Shown here: positions 59,560 through 64,000 of the stretch, piece after piece | How positions within the stretch are numbered: the stretch's first letter is position 1 | How the letters are laid out: each line of letters opens with the position of its first letter | Origin: Basidiobolus meristosporus CBS 931.73 | Taxonomy: Eukaryota > Fungi > Basidiobolomycota | Assembly: GCA_002104905.1 (NCBI GenBank) | Contig: MCFE01000077.1 | Coordinates: forward strand, 1 to 64,000 | Length of the DNA: 64,000 nt | Direction of reading: 5' to 3' | Program-made: the position numbers and the translations under genes | Notes under the pieces: generated by a model | The model's database searches: none | What the model was told of the DNA's origin: nothing | What the model saw: only the letters and a program-made list of their open reading frames with translations

Positions 59560-60500
59560 CTAAATTGCCAATTATATAGACCTAAGCAAGTCCATACACT
59601 CTACACTAACATACATTATTATTACCCAAACACCAACACTAAGAACATCATCTTCCCAGAGAGAGAACATGCAGAAGTCAGCATGCAATTGCAGCAAAGC
59701 TGGCAATCTATAAGCTGTTGGCCAGAATATGGAATCAATTGGAAACCAGAGATACTTAAGAAGGAGGGTATCTGTAGAGCAAAAGCTTTCCACTGGGAAC
59801 AATGCATATTCTTTTCAACAATATCCCTATACTGATGACCAAGTTGTACATGGGGCATCTCAAGCTAAATGAGCCCTTCACAATACTGTAGAAATTTGAA
59901 AGAATTGGCAAGATATTACAGTGTTCTGACAACCCTAAGCACTTCACACAAGCTCCAATTAACATTCATATGCATATGTCAAAATACAGGGGCAATTACG
60001 GATGTGCTGGATAAGTATTTATTCAAGTTAGCAAAATGCTATTGTAATCTGGTAATAAGATTGTCAAGAGGACCACTAATTCAAAGCTGCCGGCAATTTG
60101 ACAGTCTGGATACAGGATCCCTAGAGCTGGTCTGGATCAGATCCACCAGCCAGACCAAATTAGTTTTCATAGGGGAAGTGATTGGGAGAACAAGTAGATT
60201 ATATGCCTTTCAACAAGTAATTTATTGAATGTAAAAGTAATGTTCATACTTTTATATAGTCTTGGCATAGCAAACATGTAGAATAGATTTAGGAAGGCTC
60301 CACTAACATGAGTGCAAAGTTTGGGGCTGTTTGGACAACTTTGAGAATTTTCATGTTCAGGGTACCTGATATTTTTGAAAAAATGCTCTGAGTAGTTCCC
60401 AGCACAGAATTTGATCAGTATTCTCTAGGATTTGCAGGTGATGATCTAAGTGACTAATTCAGGTGAATATTTGGGTTGAATCACAAATTTTGCAACAAAA
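59560..60500 (+). mobile_element. Internally deleted further copy or copies of the same family
   Basis: 59560-60030 is homologous to 57250-57720. Right terminus TTTTCATAGGG at 60174, followed by sequence homologous to 58525-58850. Confidence 0.75.
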
Positions 60501-61532
60501 TATACCTCCCACAGACAAATTTATCTTATAAGTATTATGGTGCACTTATCCATATTTTATTTAGCAGCCTTATCCCATTCTTTTTTACCCATATTATTAA
60601 TATGATCCATATATGATGTTCACCCTGATTAGTTATTAGTATTAGTTGTCCCAGATGCTATTTATCATTGCAATCAGTATATGTGTCTACATTAGGCATA
60701 TACCTGCATCAGTACCTGTGACACCTGACCTAGGTCTGTGTAACCATCCCTACCATTTCAATACCATATATGGTATCTCTATGATACACACATTTCAGGC
60801 TACTTATCCTTGATTGGTTGGAAGTGCTGTGTATTTTAGAACCTTCCAGGCCCTTTTTAGATTGTTTTTGGCCTGAAGTGATGTCATTGAGAATTCCACT
60901 AATGCCTGGATCATCTAGAACCTTGCCATTAGTAAGCACTTGGTAATCAGGAAAAGTATTCAAGGGAGATCAGTCCCATATCAGTAAGTCATCCTTTCTA
61001 TCAGTAATACTTTCACCTTATTGATTGGCAGTTCATCACTGCACCTACCTTGAACATTTACACCTCAGACCTGCCAACAAGGTGCTTTTCAGGGTAGTGC
61101 ACAAGACACACAGAGGTTTTTGGAGACACTTGGGGAACCTAGGAAGCTAGAGAAGCAGGTGCTTCTACCACATGGACATAGTGATAATGACAACAGCTGT
61201 TAAGGCGCAAAAGTGATTGCACCCATCAGACGCCTCAAACACCATAAACTGTGAGCTTCTCCCAGAAATACTTCTCACCACCACACTTCCTTTTCTTCCA
61301 TTGCCATGAGCTCATCACATATCATCTTGCTGGTTGCATACTGGATACAGCTGTGAGAGGAATTAGACATATAAGCCATCAATGAGCCTTGGTTGTAGGA
61401 GCTATTGTTGTATGTGTCTTTTTTGGAAGGCTGAGGTGAAATATAAGATGCTCAGATTCACCCTGCTCAGCATATGCAAGGTCTCACATGTGGGTAGGTG
61501 ACATTACAGAAATATCATGCGGACAACATTAT

Positions 61533-64000
61533 CCCTATGAAATATTATTGTGATGATCTTGTCAAAAGGCCATCACAAATTTAAAGTCCTGTGACTAAGA
61601 GGTATTGATACCATCAGGACACTGTGCAAAGACCATCAACAAATAATTACACCCTAGATATCACAAAACTTAGTCAAAATTTTTCATCACAACATTACAA
61701 AGTGGCTTTTGATTGATTCTCTGCCAATCTTCTCACTTTCTGATCCTGGACACTGTATCACCTCCTATGTTTGTGTGCATTGATTGGCTAATGCCTCTGT
61801 TTCACACTCCCTACTACTTGACTCAACTGTTTCTCTTACTTTTCATGCATGCAAGTTGATTTATTTTTGTTGAAGTTACAGTTGCACCTCAACTGCCTAT
61901 TGTTTTGACCTTTACAAGTCCCTAGGCCCTACACCAACATAAGCCCAACCCCACACTCATCAAGTAACTTCATCAAAATCCACCACTCCATAAGTATTTC
62001 TGATGTCATGCTCTGTTTCCATGACTTTGGCTGGAACCTTACAGCTTTATGCCACTGTACATTCACTGATTCCCATATGTCATGGTCTTTAGCTAGCACT
62101 GCAAGGTCTAGTTCCTCACCAGCCAGTCTTTGCAATAGGTCCTTGCAGTATTCACCACTCAATAAGTATTTCTGATATAGTGCTCTGTTTCCACAAATTT
62201 GGCAGGAGCCCAATGGCTTCATGCCACTATTCATTCACTGGTTCCCACACATCCTGGTCTTCAGGCAGCACTGCAAGGTCTAGCACCTTATGTACCAGTC
62301 TTGGCAGTAAGTCCTTGCAATATTCAGGTGCATTTTTTTGAGCACTGCTCTTGAAGAAGCGCTGCAACCTCTTGGTGTACCTATTAATGTTCCAAAGCTC
62401 CTCTGAAGGCATTGTGATAGTCTTTCAAGTTCTTGACATTGTTGCTTTGTCAGTCTGTTAGGTCTCTACTTGGTCAATAATGAATGATATGGAGGCTGTG
62501 GTAGACAAGTTGTCTTTCACTGCAAACTCATCTACCTCTCTGGAGTTTAGCCCAACTGGCTGCACTTACAACTCTTGTGAAAACAGTGGCTTTCTTGTTG
62601 GTAATTCTTGGCTACAATGAAATTCAGTATGCTCTATGCATACACCATTAATTAGCAAGAACTGCAGCTTTTTTCATATACTTCTCTCTCTCTAGTTTGG
62701 GCAAACATTTCTCCTTTTACCTTTTTGTTTATCACTGTCAGGTCATGCACTGTTACTTTGACTGAGTGCTTCTTGAGGGGAACTATTCCTTTTCCTTTAT
62801 AAATGTTATGCTGCTGTATCTGTGTCTGCCTGCTCTTCACCTATTAGTACTTTTCCAGCTACCTGGTGTCTCTTTGATGCTTGTTTTGAGCTTTTGGCTC
62901 AGCTTGTAATGGGCTCTTAAGGAAGCTGCTGATTTTTAGCCATTGCACCTTGTTCTTCTGCCTTGAAAGTTTCTGCTATTTCTGAGATACTCTCTCAGCA
63001 TAAAAATGCTGGCACAAAGTATGCTTGCCTGTTTAAGCCAGGAAAATGCTCATGGAATAAGTCAAGCACATTCTGCTTTGCCTTGAATAACTGATTCTCA
63101 CATGGAATGCCAGCCTTAAGGTGTTGGCATGCTAGACTTCCAACAGCCTCTGGAATATTAGCCCACTCTGCATTATTGCACTCAATAGCTTCACAGATAT
63201 CCAATTTCTATTGATTTGTAGGCTATGGTATACACACCACATTGTCTCCCTCCCATGCTGTGATAGGCTTTTCTGTGGGCTTTATACTTGGGCACTGTTG
63301 GCGTGCTTCAAAGACTGTACAGTGTTCTTCTGCTGTCACATTGGAAATTGCTCAATTCTTGGCTGTGATATTGAGCAACTTGAGTTCCTTCTTGGCAGCA
63401 AAGATACTGCTTTCTCTACCTGGGACAGTGAATGCTCTACTCAAATTTTCACTTCATCCTGTCTCTAAAGTACTTTAGGACTTCACTGGGGAATTGTATC
63501 CATTCTATCAGCCACTGCACCCCATTACATGATTAATGCGCTGGTATGAGCTGATAACACACTTGCTAATACTGATGGCAATGCTACTGAAATGGCCATT
63601 TGCTGGTCTTTTGCCAGAGGTACTATGCTGACTGCATTCCCATCTGCCTGAGTGTTATAGACATGATGTTGTTCCACATAGAGTCTCAAATGCTTAATTG
63701 ACTTTGAGCCTGAGGAGTCCAGAATACTACATTCAGTGAGTAGTATGTGAACATGGCCTTCTTTGGACACAGTGCTGCGTTTTGCTTTGAATATCAAAGC
63801 AAGCTATTGTTCAATTGCTTTTCTGCTGCTGTCAGCAGTGGGGTATGGTAGAGAACCATACAACCATGTCTTATTATGTGGTAGGATATATATAGATGTG
63901 AGTTAGATCAATGGGTAAATAATGCTATATATACATGCTTATGTAGTGTCACAACATTACTTCTAATGCGTGCCAAGATAGGTCCTCATTAAACTTTACA
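61533..64000. mobile_element. Left arm of another copy (second-ORF region), running off the window end
   Basis: Starts CCCTATGAAA. Homologous to 49081-50200 and, at 63200-64000, to 55160-55900. Confidence 0.75.

Noticed and set aside
60500-61530. CpG-poor segment with short ORF remnants between transposon copies (similar unassigned pieces at 48000-49080 and 52560-52930)
   Set aside because: Probably decayed repeat or gene fragments, but I could not recognise any motif, so no call was made.

Overview
Eukaryotic, intron-rich fungal DNA. The gene content and style suggest an early-diverging fungus, possibly Zoopagomycota such as Basidiobolus (inference, not verified). The window has three compartments. 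(1) 1-41.2 kb holds about 23 densely packed housekeeping genes: adenylate kinase, CMC4, RPA49, ALKBH8-like, P4-ATPase, YSH1, a bacterial-looking GNAT, RING-H2 E3, TPP1/Est3-like OB protein, TCD1, nucleotide-sugar transporter, ERF4, thiolase, NDUFAF6, RAD50, PDK/BCKDK, a stand-alone voltage-sensor-like protein, tetraspanin, glucosidase II beta, Ecl1 and SNF8. (2) 42.1-47.8 kb is a tandem cluster of four intronless paralogues, three with open frames and one pseudogene. They encode secreted proteins built from 5-13 concatenated six-cysteine, knottin(ICK)-like modules in a fixed order (A-type, B-type, terminal cap). This is the most interesting system in the window. (3) About 49-64 kb is strongly CpG-depleted and holds nested, degenerate copies of one CACTA/CMC-type DNA transposon family (CCCTATGAA termini, Tnp2-like transposase, divergent second ORF) plus a 734-bp foldback element. 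Exon structures were read by eye, so gene coordinates are start-to-stop spans that include introns.
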